NCBI GenBank assembly: GCA_011109175.1 | Contig: RDEW01000081.1 | Span: forward strand, 108,019 to 148,730 | Length of the DNA: 40,712 nt | Direction of reading: 5' to 3' | Origin: Dicyema japonicum | Taxonomy: Eukaryota; Animalia; Dicyemida | Shown here: piece by piece, positions 1 to 11,782 of the stretch | How the letters are laid out: every line of letters starts with the position of its first letter | Numbering within the stretch: the first letter of the stretch is position 1 | Notes under the pieces: model-generated | What the model saw: the letters and a program-made list of their open reading frames with translations, nothing else | Database searches by the model: none | Told to the model about the DNA's origin: nothing | Position numbers and translations under genes: made by a program

Positions 1-47
1 GTTGGGGGGTCAGGAAAACAAAGTTTGTCCAGACTTGCAGATTTTGT

Positions 48-450
48 GAACCCCGACTTTAATTATGAACTAGTAAAGTCAAAATCCCTTGCCGCTGCTG
101 GAATTTGTGCTTGGGTCATCAACAATCCAAAGCAAGATCTCTTCCCTAGAGGCTGCCTTGGCAAAACTAACCTCCCAGTTTAAAGAAGCGACAGCAGCCA
201 AGATTAAATGTCAAAATGAAGCTGACCTTCAAGTGGGATTGTGTTGCTTTACCCCCAGAACTATAGATTGGTTGGAGGACTGGCTTCTGAGAATATTAGG
301 TGGGCACAAGCCGTTGGAAATTTCGAGTTGCAGAAAAAGACACTGCCAGGTGATATTCTCCTAGTGACTGCATTTATCTCTTACTTGGGGTCATTCTCTG
401 AAAACTATCGTTACTGCTGTACGAAAAATGGGCTAAATACCTCATATTTC
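48..450 (+). pseudogene. Axonemal outer-arm dynein beta-type heavy chain fragment (DNAH9/11/17-like stalk region), internally deleted
   Basis: Reads NPDFNYELVKSKSLAAAGICAWVIN / IQSKISSLEAALAKLTSQFKEATAAKIKCQNEAD / RLVGGLASENIRWAQAVGNFELQKKTLPGDILLVTAFISYLGSF, matching the DNAH9-type stalk. About 35 aa are missing after WVIN, there are frameshifts, a 26-nt GT-AG intron is retained (~233-258), and homology stops near 450. Confidence 0.85.
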
Positions 451-775
451 CACCCTCAAGCATATCGTTCACAGTGAACTTATCCAATGATTCCTAATAT
501 TAGTGTAAGATAGTTCACATTGGACACCTGACATTCTATTGAGACAAACTTCTCAGTTCTTTGCTCACATGAGAACAGTCCTATGGAATAATTAAACATG
601 TCATACCAATGATACTATCGTGTTTAAAATTTCCCCATAAAATATTTTCTTTACATTGTTCTATATTAAACATAATATATTACTAAATAATAATTTAAAA
701 TATAATAAATAAAATATTTAGCAAAAAAATTTTTTTTTTCACAAAGACATATTTATTTATAACAATAAAATCGTT

Positions 776-811
776 CTAGAAAACATGCCTACACTAGAAA
801 ACATGCCTACA
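776..811. repeat. Tandem duplication, 18-bp unit x2
   Basis: ctagaaaacatgcctaca is repeated exactly. Confidence 0.9.
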
Positions 812-1920
812 CTCTACTAGCTAACTTCTGTCAAACAAACAACCTATTTTTATGCAATACAGCTTTCATGCATCCAGCCAGAGGTGCGGAAGAAGTGGAA
901 GTACGTTTTTCTTGCAAAGAACTTGGGATAATGCATTGCCGCCAAGTCAATATTATAACATTTTGATGACATGCGATTGTATCGTGACTAAATTTTACAG
1001 GGGTTATTGAAGCATTTAATGATTATTATATAATAAATTTTTTTCAAAACTTAAGTGGATAAATAAGTTATTAATTTATAAATTTAAATGAGAGTTAAAT
1101 AACTCATAGAGATGATAATTTTAGATGGGATATGAAATTTCAAAAAGGACGGCGGGAAAATTGGTTGAAAAACAATGTGATATTTTTGAATATCAATGGT
1201 TCTTTATATAAATTGACGAGAGTGTATACGGAGTTATTTATGACAATTTTTTAAAGGGAAAACAATTAATTACAAAAAATTTAAATAATCGTCAAAAGTT
1301 TTTAAAAAAGCAAAAATTCTCTTTTTAATCTATTTTGTAAACTGAATACATTATTTATTTACCCTCAGAATTTTCAATGATTGAAACTGGTGGCTATTTC
1401 TAAAGAGAAGATCAAAAAGAACTATTCACTCCACCAAAAGACAATTCCTATTCCAGCCTTGTTCTCACCTATCAAAAATATGTTCTCATACCGACATATG
1501 GAAAAAATCTGATTTTAGTCTTCCAAATAAAGTCAAACAAAAATTAGTCAATCTACCCGCTTTTCTAGTAGAACATGATTTACACCAGCTTGAATCGTCA
1601 AACCCACTATCAACCACTTTATCAACCAATTTAATAGTTGAAACTTTAGAAGTCTTCGACTCATCGGGGACACAACTTGTGTTTTTGGTAGTGGAAGTGT
1701 GATGGATGAACTGGCCATTCTATATAACTGTGCGATGACCGCCACAGTCAAACTTTAGTGTTTTATGAGATTGTTTGGCATTGAGGACTCGACTGTGTTT
1801 GTAACGAATCAATGTCTTCAAAAGCATAATGATTAATAGACAGAAGAACATAACCTCTGCACGACTTAAATTCCTGTGATGTTTCAAGAAACGAAAATTA
1901 TCTAATATTCTATTACGAAA

Positions 1921-1979
1921 ATGTATATATTTAATCTGATCGTCCACATGTATGATATATATTTAATCTGATCGTCCAC
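1921..1979. repeat. Tandem duplication, ~27-32-bp unit x2
   Basis: atatatttaatctgatcgtccac occurs twice in tandem. Confidence 0.9.
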
Positions 1980-2468
1980 ACGCGTCCTAAAATCCTTGTT
2001 TATAGCTATAAAATGTATTATTTCAGCTTTATTGACAATCTAGTTATTGTTGCACGTAGTTCTGCAGCGAGCACAGCTGATATTTGAAAAGGAGGAAGTA
2101 CCACGGCATCGTGACTGATTCTTTTTTCCTGCCTATCACTGTTTATACAACTGGCGTTATTAAACCCGAACATGTCTGGGTTTATCAGGTAAATCGGACT
2201 GTTTACAGGGAAGAGAAAAAATGAACCTAGAATGGCGCAGTGGATTTTCCAGAACATTGGGATTGCGATTATGATAGGTAACTACCTCCGAAGTATGTGA
2301 ATATTTGTGCTTCAACTGTGCACTGCTTCTCATAACCTGTTCTACTAGCTATCTCTATGTAACTTTCCTCCACACACTTCTCCACAGTTTATCGGCTCGT
2401 AAGCGTGGTAGAATTTAATTAAATGTATTCACACCGAAATCAAGATAAAGAGGATAAGAGATATCGTA

Positions 2469-2520
2469 TAATTAAGTGATCCCGATCTGGTTGCGGGATA
2501 GGGAGTTTGCGACTCTTTTC
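2469..2520 (-). mobile_element. Very short 3' stub of the I/Jockey-like LINE family (second stub at 3281-3315)
   Basis: aattaagtgatccc at 2470 and 3281 matches the ORF end (GIT*/EIT*) of the LINE ending at 11783-11797 (taattaagtgatctc). Confidence 0.4.
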
Positions 2521-3499
2521 CAAAACTTCAAGTGAGGGATGTCACACGGCATAAAATTCAAAACTTTTCAAGCGGGAAAGAATAAACAGAATGAAACTAT
2601 AACAAGGACACAGACACGTCAAATTTTGACTGATTTAAATTAATTTAATACATATTTATTATTAAAATAATTTTTCAATATGGCGAACCTATAATTATAT
2701 TAATATATTATTTGGCATGTGGTTGCCACTTTCTTGTGGTTGGCTGTTTGTTTACTTTGGTGTGTTTTTCTACTGTGTTGTCACATTATATTATTGGATT
2801 AATCAAATAGTGATGAAGGTTGTTATCAAAATGTCTAATATATATTCTATATTTTGTTAACCTATAAATATGGATTATTTTTCACTATTTGAGTTGTCTC
2901 TATTGATATTCTTTTGCTATTTCTCTTTCATATTATTTGTTTCTCAGATTGTTATGTCGCTACTTAGTGATTATACATTGTTTCAATGAATATGATTATT
3001 AATGTTTCCAAGTAAGCAGAAGCTGCGTCGAGTGCCACTTCTTTTCGATATTTGTATTTAAATGTAACCAAAATTTGATTTTCTACTCCGCAAATGTAGC
3101 CAATCAGATTTTCTTCCTATTTCACTGAACCTATACGCCCTCGTGTTTTTCCACTTTATGATAATTTCAATGCAGAAATACGCTCATTGATATAGCCGGC
3201 CATTAAATATTACATTTAAATTCATTGAACATTTATTTTAAATTTCCAATAGAACCAAGAAAGAAGGTATTAATTTGCTGAATTAAGTGATCCCAGCCTC
3301 CGACTTCTCTCGTTTTCCTTTCGAATTTATTGAACCAGAAAACACCGCTATACATAGAATAGAAACAAATCTGATGATCCTGGCCTTCTTCAGCAGACTT
3401 CGCATGCTCGGACTTGAAGGGAGTGCCGTCCAGGAGGAGCTCCTTTGGATGGTTTAGATTATTGAATTAAACTTGGTTGAATTAACGATTATTTATAAT

Positions 3500-4216
3500 T
3501 CTAAGGAGAATACTTTAGCTTCTACTAAAAATGAATCAAATATTGTTACGGGTATCTGACCATCTCCAACATAAATTTTGCCAAAGATAAACTTGAGAAT
3601 GAAGAACTTAAGGTGAATGTTATTATGATCAAAGAATGGGTCTATGGACCTGGAAAAAACATTCAGTGGCATCTATAATGACGTAGTTGTGAAGTTTTGA
3701 TTCGAGAGTATGAGGGAGACAGAAGACAACTTCATAATCTTGTACAGGAATTAAAGGTGTTGATTGTTGTTAATTTTAGGGAAATATTCAAGTTTATTGT
3801 AGAATCGGTCCTCTCCTACCGGGAGACGTATCACCTATCGAATATATAGATAGTAAACACATCTCTATTAACAGTAGACCTATTCTGAATGAGGTATATT
3901 CATATTTACAATTAAGGCAAATAAAGATACATCAAAACTAGAGTTTGCGTTTGACTAGGTGTTCGACCACAATAGTGACCAGTTGTCTATATTTAGTGAA
4001 GTAAAGGATATTATTCAGGTAATTTAGGTGATAAATCCTAAGAGTGCAGTGGATGGTTATAATGTCTGTATTTTCGCATATGGACAAACTGGGTCGGGAA
4101 AGACATTCTCTATGGAGGGAAGTAATAGTGATAGTTCTCTCATTGGAATAATTCCCCGTTCTTTTGGCTATATTATTGATTCAATAGAAAGTTCAGTACC
4201 TTCAGTAGGGTATTAG
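3500..4216 (+). pseudogene. Kinesin-14 (KIFC1/Ncd/Kar3-like) neck and N-terminal half of the motor domain, truncated
   Basis: Removing the 23/23/24-nt introns (3757-3779, 3894-3916, 4019-4042) gives RRQLHNLVQELKGNIQVYCRIGP...FAFD*VFDH...[26 protein letters not shown]...GIIPRS. There is an in-frame TAG at 3956, the conserved neck Arg residues are substituted, and the motor C-terminal half is absent. Confidence 0.88.
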
Positions 4217-4559
4217 GTTTTAAAATAAGCCAATTTGACTTTTTATTCATATTTATGGGATGTAAGTATCCACAGGAAGCAATTCCGGAGGATTTGTCGA
4301 ATTTTCTGTCTTATGAAGTGGATGAAGCAAGGGATGAGGCACGAATATATACCAAAGTAGCAGCAACTAAAGATGATTGAAAGAAAGTGGAGAAACGACG
4401 AAGAAACTTTAAAAATTGGTGACAAGGTCCATAAAAGAGGAGATCATCGCGAAAATCCAGCTCATTGTACATTGGCACTGTACGAATTTGTATTCTGCAG
4501 AATTTTTAATATCAGAAGTAAACTTATTGGGTATATGTGCACATGTATTATTTGCCCAT

Positions 4560-4900
4560 GTAAATGTTCCATGGTACGGGAACCTCAGATAAAGAAGCAC
4601 TCGCTTGGGCTCATATACGAATACAAAGAGATATCTCTGGAAGTTGACAAGGTACCACTTGTCATGATTCTACCGAGAGAAACCACATGAACAACATCAA
4701 AGTAATATGAACAAACTAACCTGTTATTTCGGTGACGTAGCTATGAGATGAGTCACTTCGAATGTGTAGCTAAACGTTTAAGCTTATTGTTATGGAGATT
4801 GAGATCTCAGACTCTGTCAAAATTTCACTTGCGGAATTAAAAAAGGCAGAGAGATAAGCATTGCAGGTTAATAACCTCCAATTACAAGGAATTCCGAAAT
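4560..4900 (+). mobile_element. Degenerate Ty3/Gypsy RNase H remnant
   Basis: KEALAWAHIRIQRDISG and LGLIYEYKEISLEVDKVPLVMIL, in adjacent frames, resemble EKEALAxxWAxxxF..YLxGxxFxxxTDHKPL. Confidence 0.4.
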
Positions 4901-4989
4901 TGAAAGCTTATAACAAAGAAATACAATGCGTTTAATACCTCTGTGTAAGTGGTGCAGTTGAGCTTTACTGTGTAAAAGTAACGTGTGTT

Positions 4990-5200
4990 GTGTCACCTGG
5001 CTGTATACCATAAATTGTGGGATCCTATTCGGTAGAAATTTAGTGTAGGAATCGAGTTCCTACTGATGGAAAGGTTGTAAATTCTGGTGAAGGCCAAGAT
5101 GGTGTAGGGGCCAATCTTAAGTACAATATAGGGAATTCCATCTAGACTACTTGCGTAAGACGATTTTTGGTTTTGAATAGCTTTCCACACTACGTCCATT
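4990..5200 (-). mobile_element. I/Jockey-like LINE RT N-terminal fragment
   Basis: VWKAIQNQKSSYASSLDGIPYIVLK...FTRIYNLSISRNSIP matches the 'AIxxLKxxKAPGPDGIP...IFNxSL...IP' pattern. Confidence 0.7.
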
Positions 5201-5499
5201 GAAAGGCTGTTCTAGGTTGCCTCGCGTTTTGGTTGCTATCACGTCGAATAATGTTGTAACCTGGGAAAACAGGGGAGGGAGTGGAGAAAGATTGTCTTGT
5301 TTTTTTAAGTAGGCAATTGTCTGTGTCCTGCTTCAGAACTCTGAGCTCTTGCACCTTCCCTCTTATTAGTGTTATTATTTTTATTAAAAAAAACTCCATA
5401 TTGATAATTTAGCTTCGCTTTTATCAATTTCCTAATTAATAAATTATAAAAAAAGTAATTTTATTAAAATAAATAAAAATAAATTCAAGAAAATATAAA

Positions 5500-6250
5500 G
5501 CGGGCTGTATTCTTTGATGTGATTGCTGTGATGATCTTGGAAAGATTGAATATTTATCAAAAGAATTACCATTTAAAGAAATTGCATTGAAACTAAAAGT
5601 ACATCAAATTTTAATTATTTATAGGAATATTATCAAATTATAGAAGACTTGGATTCAGCTCTCCCAAGTAAACCTTTAGCACATTTACTTACCTATTGAC
5701 TTTTTTTCAATGTCTTCTTTTACAAGAATAAGATCTCTTTTCTTTAATCTTCTCTCAGAAGGCTTCCGTCTTACTGTTCCTCAATCTCCCTTTGTAGTTT
5801 AGTATACAAATGGGGTTCGATTCGATATTAACTCATAGAAATGCTTACATTTGTTTATCGGTAATATAAAGTGCCTTTATGAGGGAATGCGTTGATATCA
5901 TCATATGCGAGTTTTTGCATGTTTCTGAGTTTTTTTGTTATTTTTACAGAATGGATTTTACATTAAGATCGTAGATATAGTGTACACATTCGAAACTCCA
6001 AATGATTTTATTTTTGCTCTATTTCGTGGAGTAATCGATCTGAAATGGTTTTACATTTACTTTACCCATTTAGTAAGTTAAATTCTATTGTGAGCGAATA
6101 TTTGATAAATTCTCTTCCAGTCTCAGTTCTGACTCTATGACCATGAGCTTATTTTCGACCAGTTGCTTCTGTCGATGACATCCACATTTAAAGTTTTCTC
6201 ATTAACTTTACTTTAAGCTAACTAATGAGCACCACGACTTTTTAGTTGAA
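5500..6250. pseudogene. Unidentified decayed gene fragments (plus-strand piece 5500-5670 with a 26-nt intron; minus-strand coiled-coil piece 5690-6250)
   Basis: Plus strand: CDCCDDLGKIEYLSKELPFKEIALKLK|EYYQIIEDLDSALP across gtacatcaaattttaattatttatag. Minus strand: E/K/Q/L-rich frames (KQLVENKLMVIESELRLEENLSNIRSQ*, KLQREIEEQ*) broken by stops. Confidence 0.35.
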
Positions 6251-6439
6251 ATCCTTATAAGATCCCTCAACTCGATATGCTTTTCTTTACAAAATGTTCC
6301 CTATATGAATCAATCTTAGTACTGTAAGACTCTTATGCTTAAAGGCAATTCCCCTGATCTTTATATATTCCGTCAATGTATGTATAAAGATCAGCTATTT
6401 TAGTTTATAGTTTTAAATCTGATTGTATTAATCACAGTA

Positions 6440-6870
6440 AAGCCTGCATTGAAAGCGGGAATGAAACTCTATCAGAATGATGAAACCATAAGGATGGGTT
6501 TGACAGGTAGAAGTAGTGTATGATTATCGTAGATGAGATTTGTATTTTACATGATGACGAGTCGGTCAGATTAGAGATCATCAACTCTGTCAGAATTATT
6601 GACAAGTATTTTTTGTCTGTTTTATACTTAACAAGAGACTTTCTGATGAATGCCTAATGTTCTTTTTTTCTTCCGTTGATTGTCCTGAGAAGACTGCTGG
6701 GTCGTTATATGAGATTTTCAAGGGGAAGCTCAGACTTCGAAAACGTATTTGTTGTTACTAAAAGCGTCCTAGCTGGCATTATAAGGCGGAGTCGGAGTAT
6801 TATAAATATATGTTTGATGATTTTCAAGGATATTACGGACTATACGGATCCACTGACTCTATAAATTCCA
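6440..6870 (+). pseudogene. HEAT-repeat fragment, possibly PDS5-like
   Basis: Removing two micro-introns gives GLTDEICILHDDESVRLEIINSVRIIDKRDFLM, resembling PDS5 [27 protein letters not shown]. Stops and frameshifts follow. Confidence 0.35.
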
Positions 6871-6934
6871 AAATATCAACTCTAACTAGTTTTATTATTT
6901 TTAACTAAGAATATCTTTCAACCGGGTGTTTGAA

Positions 6935-7458
6935 AACTTTAACTTTTATTATTAAAAGCACTCCCGAGAAAAAATAAAGTTAATCAAGTCTCCCTTGTTC
7001 CGTATTTCTAATCATCCTTTCCGTCAGCCTCGACCATGATCTTCTGTTGAGCGCTAGTTCTTTTAGGTAGTTAAGGTCGTCCACCGGAGTTAGTCTTATA
7101 CCAACCACCGATAAGTCTTCATTAAAGATAGTCGGAAGTGTCGCTCTTGGTCTTCCACGGGATCCGGCTACTGCGTGTGAAAAGGAGTTGTCTATTGCGA
7201 CATTTGCGGGACCTGAGCATGGCATGAAGTGTTTGGTATCCCCAGAAACAAAGTCCAGATCGTCCGCATAAATTATCATGTCATACTTGTTTCCAACCAG
7301 GAAGCTGAACTCTCTTAGTGTAGTTTCAAAATAGACAACAAAAAAGACCGGAGATAGTGAGTCTCCCTGTGGAACTCCACGTGAAGTCGGAAATATGAGT
7401 GTTCTGCATGAGCAGGCGTATTATTTAACGTCGTCAGGGTGAAGAAAACTCTTTATTG
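6935..7458 (-). mobile_element. RTE-like LINE, 5'-truncated and internally deleted, with 3' UTR
   Basis: TSRGVPQGDSLSPVFFVVY, YADDLDFVS and C-terminal RGRPRATLPT...ELALNRRSW are present. The 3' UTR closely matches the copy at 33700-33830. Confidence 0.9.
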
Positions 7459-7991
7459 AGTCTCGTTCGTTATCGAAATTTATCAGACAGATCACTCCAC
7501 CAACCAACAACGGCCATGCACCACTACCCACAGTATCAAGAAAAAAGCTATCAGTCTGTCAATCCTTACTGTGTTCGGCCCAGGTGAGTTTTTTTTTGTT
7601 GAGTCAAATTGAGCCACAGGCTCCATTCCTGGTGATGTCCTTTTGTCAATTCCTTTAAGTTTCAACTTTGCAACCATACTTCCCCCAGAGCCCAAAGACT
7701 TTGGTTTCCCGGAAGCAACCCGCTAATTTACAAATACTTATTAGCGGGCACCGGATATCCCGGTGATCATCAAATTTATTTAGAGTCAACTAATTCTAAT
7801 AATTGCGCTTCGAGAAGCTGTACGCATGTATTAGCTCTAGATTTACAACAGTTATCCACCGTCGTTTGACATTATCAAGTAAGTTATGTCCGATTTAATG
7901 AGCCGTTCGCGGTCTCGTTCATTAGAGAGCATGAACTTACACTTGCATGGCTTAATCTGTAAGATAAGCATATGACTACTGGCAGGATCAA
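7459..7991 (-). rRNA. 18S rRNA: 18S rRNA pseudogene (5' ~290 nt joined to the ~1050-1330 region)
   Basis: The reverse complement contains TTGATCCTGCCAGTAGTCATATGCTT...AAGCCATGCAAGTGTAAG, GAAACTTAAAGGAATTGAC and GTGGTGCATGGCCGTT. The central ~700-800 nt and the 3' end are missing. Confidence 0.95.
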
Positions 7992-8212
7992 TTTGCTATC
8001 TTTTCACAGCAATAACCCACACTTACATGGGCAATACTGGGCAAGATGACGCCCGAATGACTCTCGCGATTGCGAAAGAGATGGGCTATATGAGCTTCCG
8101 CAATTTTGCTGAGTACAGCACACGTGGAAACCTTTTCTTAAAGTTACTCACCTCATATGAGGAGAGAGAACTTTAATACTAGACTATTTGTAGAAACCTA
8201 CAACCAGGTATN

Positions 8213-8264
8213 ATGGCTTAATCTGTAAGATAAGCATATGACTACTGGCAGGATCAACCAGCTA
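8213..8264 (-). rRNA. 18S rRNA: 18S rRNA 5' end, cut at an N (8212)
   Basis: TAGCTGGTTGATCCTGCCAGTAGTCATATGCTTATCTTACAGATTAAGCCAT on the minus strand, identical to the copy at 7946-7991. Confidence 0.92.
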
Positions 8265-8750
8265 TCTATTACCTCGACTAGAACGCCAAACAACGGACGT
8301 TCAAGTGCAATTCAACAAATACCAGCCTTTAGCTGTTCAAGTCCACATGCAGAACATAGGCACTCACCCCAACACTTGCACAATCCATAAAGCGCAATTC
8401 TGCAAGGGCCAAAATAAATCACCATCTGCAATAGGCACAATAAGAACAACCAGTGGCAACTCTGACTGTAAGAAAAAACTGCCCATCTCGTATACTCGTT
8501 CAGGCTTATTTTATTAACCAACCGTAACCCAGACACGTTCAAAGTTTCCACAGATCAACTATAGGTCATATAGAGTAACATAGTTGGCTGTGGACAAAAA
8601 ACATGAGAGACTAAATTTCAAAAAGCTGTTGACGGAACCCACGTTCGCTCAATTGCAACCAGAATAAGCTGGTAGCCTTCCAAATACAAGCCAAAATCCC
8701 GCTTGCAACCAATAACGTCCAGAAACCCTTTCAAATTTAACCTCCCCCCT
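8265..8750 (-). other. Putative 5' external transcribed spacer of rDNA
   Basis: Non-coding, moderate-GC sequence directly upstream of the 18S 5' end, ending at a TATATAGGG motif. Confidence 0.55.
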
Positions 8751-8835
8751 ATATAGTCAAAAAAAGTCGAAATTTGGTTTGCGGATTTTGCCATTTTTTC
8801 AAATTTTTTTTCTGGTGATTTTGCCATTTTTGTGC
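8740..8835 (-). promoter_or_regulatory. Putative RNA polymerase I promoter / initiation site
   Basis: Minus strand GACTATATAGGGGGAGG (TATATAGGG is the Pol I start motif known from plants). A duplicated AAAAATGGCAAAATC motif lies about 35 and 70 nt upstream. Confidence 0.4.
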
Positions 8836-9592
8836 CTACGATTGCTTGTGGAGTGATTTTATCGAAAGAAATGGCCTAAACTGGCTAGTTTTCATAGGTA
8901 AGCTGGTTTCTCGCAGGCCAAAATAAATAACCAGCTTTATCTGAAAAATATAATTAATTATTAATAGATTTATAAAAAAAATAATAAAGGGTAACTTATA
9001 TTCTTTTTTAACGCTGAATTCAGAAATGTTATCAGATTTGGGCTCAGACCTTCCTACTTCGAGATCTAGAAATTGGGCCCTTATCTCCACGTAGGAATGT
9101 CTAGCGTGAAAAAGAACTTGATTTTTGAGTTCGCCAGAAAATTTTAGCTAATATAGTTATATTTTATTACGACTTAATTCTGTAATATTTAAATTTAATT
9201 AGAATGATGTAACATGTTTTAGTGGGCACATGTGATAAAAAAAATTAATTTTAAACAAATCATAAAAAGAGAATTAGTCATTAAAAAATATATATAATTG
9301 TTAATCTTGACATTCTAAATTCATTTCTGTATTCAGAAATCTCATCAAACACTCCTAGATCGAGTTCCGAGATCGGCCCCCCACCTTCTTTAGGAAGGTC
9401 TGAGGAGAATCGAGTTCGGATCCAGCACTTGAGTCCCCGAGTGTAATATATCAAACCTCAAGTATAATACCTAATTAGATGAAATACATCAAAAAAACTA
9501 ACCGAAATGCGAGCCACATACGATTTTACGTCTAAAATAAAAGTGTTCTATTCGGGTCTAAAAGTGCGTCTTTATTTTCACCAAAAAAACGC

Positions 9593-10215
9593 GAGATCTC
9601 CACGTGTGTGCAACCAATCGACCTAATTTTTTCAGGAAAGCTGCCCCCCATGATGGTCGACTATATTAACTTGTTTAACGTCCTTCACACCCTTCGTCCA
9701 TGTCAAACTAAGGAATCATTGGCGTAGCTCAAGACGTGATATGAGACCAGCTATGCAAATGAGAAATACATAAATTAATAAATTTAAAAAATGGTTATAT
9801 ATCAATTTCGACGTCTATGAGCGTTTTTACAAGCAAAAATGGAGTCAGACGTTCTAGATCTTAGTATTTTAGTGGCTACTACAATAAAAGCTAAGACCTG
9901 TCCAAAGTATCCCCTACAAAAGACTGATTACCTACTTTATTGATAGAATCTCTAGAATACATTAACAAATTTCTCTACACATATTATAAATTAATATTGG
10001 GAATGGTTTAACAACTTTGAATCTGTTAACTAGCTAAGAGTGTACATATTTCATGCTCAAAATGCTTCTTTTAGTTTCCCCCAAACATTCCCGAGATCTC
10101 CACGTGTGCAGCCAATAGACCTGATTTTTTCAGACATGAGGTGCAAAATGATAGTAAATTGTATTAGCCTGTTCGACATCTTCTAGGTCCTTCGTCCCTT
10201 CCAAACGAAAGGCTT
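9593..10215. repeat. Two diverged ~110-120-bp direct repeats (9593-9720 and 10093-10215)
   Basis: Shared gagatctccacgtgtg..ca(a/g)ccaat(c/a)gacct(a/g)atttttcag ... tgat(g/a)gt ... ccttcgtcc ... caaac. Confidence 0.8.
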
Positions 10216-11539
10216 TTGACAAACATGAACATTCTTCAATGTCCTAATCAAGGAGATTTGCTCGAATCTGTATTTAAAATCGACTATTTAATTTAAAATC
10301 TACTTAATTGCCTTTGGTTTGAGCTATTAGTGTGTTTTTTCGACATCTTTATGTGCCTCCGATATGTGAGATCTCTTCGACGGACTATCCGATTGTTCTA
10401 AAATTTTAAAAACTAGCTAAAAGCCCGTTTTTACATAATTTTTTAAAAACTAAATGAAATCCTAGATAAAAGTGATCCGAACGAGTTGGCATCATAGAGT
10501 TTTTCTAACATTGGAGGCAGTTTGGTTGATAATACCGACGAAATTTTTAACAAATAAAAACAAATTGAAAATGTATTTAAAAAAACGAATAAATGTAATG
10601 TCAACAATCAGTAAAAATTAAAAAAAACATTAAAAAAAGTTCTTTTTTCCTCCCCCAGTTCGATCTTATTTTATCTTATATTTTCACTCTCAATTTTTCC
10701 TCGACCCATAGCTAACTCATTATCTTCACTTCTCAGAAATTTATTATCCTGGAAGTAGCCCGCCTTTTCTAATACATATACCCCTGAATATCGCAATAAA
10801 TGTTATATAATCTATATATAGCCCGTATTAACTGGTTCCGTCAAATTTTTTCCCTTACAACTATCCAGAGATTTTTTCGCAAGTCTGGTTTATTTCGAAC
10901 TTTAATTTCTTCGAACTTGTTCTCGATTATCCAACCATTTCTGGATTAATTGCCCTATAATAACGTTTGATAGACAAAAAATAAACTAGACTACACTCTC
11001 TGGCCCGTCTTAAATAATAGTAAAGGCGTCCGACAAGCGGACAAATTTTAGGCAAAGAGATGGACCTCAGTAGATCGCCACTATACGTGGCTTTCGTACG
11101 TACAGTTCCCATGCCAGTATATGTCGTTTGCATATAATTTAGCACAAAGCTCAGTCAAAATGCAAGTCAACCTGGTGTGACAACAGTTTCTAGGTGTTCT
11201 TTGATTGGCAATGGGACGAGCACCAAGCTACTGCTATTTACAAGAGACAAAATTAGTCATGAGACGGAGCTAATAATCAAACTTACTATAAATAATTACA
11301 CGTGATTGAGTTTTTCTTGCATCAAAGCAATAAGATTCTTAGAGAATAGAAAAAAGGTTTATCTTACTTTGATTCTTGTGGAGACGTCTGTGGTGCTTCA
11401 CCCCAGTAGTATGGAGATGATAAAACAATCAGACTACTTGCGAAACATGTAGTGAACCCAGATAGGCTATTCCAAAGCATTGGCCTTGCGATCGTAACTC
11501 TCAACTGCCTGTTAAAATTTTGTCCTTAAAAACTGAATA

Positions 11540-11720
11540 TTTCCACGGCCCTCAAAAAACCGAGAGTACAGGAAGCAGTTAATCAATTATAATCCGACAA
11601 ATCAATACAGGANGACCTGATCAATATCAAAAGAAATCTAAAAAATGCCGACGACCTGGACAACATGAGAACCTTGGCTAGGAACAGGAGAGCATGGAAA
11701 AGGATGACATCTAACCTTGT
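11540..11720 (+). mobile_element. RTE-like LINE 3' fragment
   Basis: FHGPQK...DLINIKRNLKNADDLDNMRTLARNRRAWKRMT has the same C-terminal pattern as the other RTE-like copies. Confidence 0.65.
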
Positions 11721-11782
11721 TTCTTTTGCTTCACATGCGGGGCTATAATTAGTATGGCTCTCGTGAAGTGCTTAAATAATAA

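Noticed and set aside
776-1980. Short direct repeats as a CRISPR-like array
   Set aside because: Only two adjacent copies each, no spacers, and a eukaryotic context.
1300-2420. Short ORFs on both strands that look coding
   Set aside because: No recognisable motif and no stop-free spliced model; treated as part of the decayed region.
2650-6250. In-frame TAA/TAG in otherwise plausible frames (kinesin FAFD*VF; coiled-coil and 2650-3200 minus frames), suggesting a ciliate-type TAR=Gln code
   Set aside because: All five intact genes end in TAA, and the ~1,600-codon channel has no in-frame TAR once spliced and frame-corrected. The stops are confined to decayed fragments.
6900-7470. Site-specific rDNA retroelement (R2/R4/R7/R8-like) inserted in 18S
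   Set aside because: The element is RTE-like, its 3' end is not followed by downstream 18S sequence, and other copies in the window are not in rDNA.
10990-11260. AKLYANDI on the minus strand resembling an RT YADD motif
   Set aside because: The flanking RT motifs are too degenerate to support a call.
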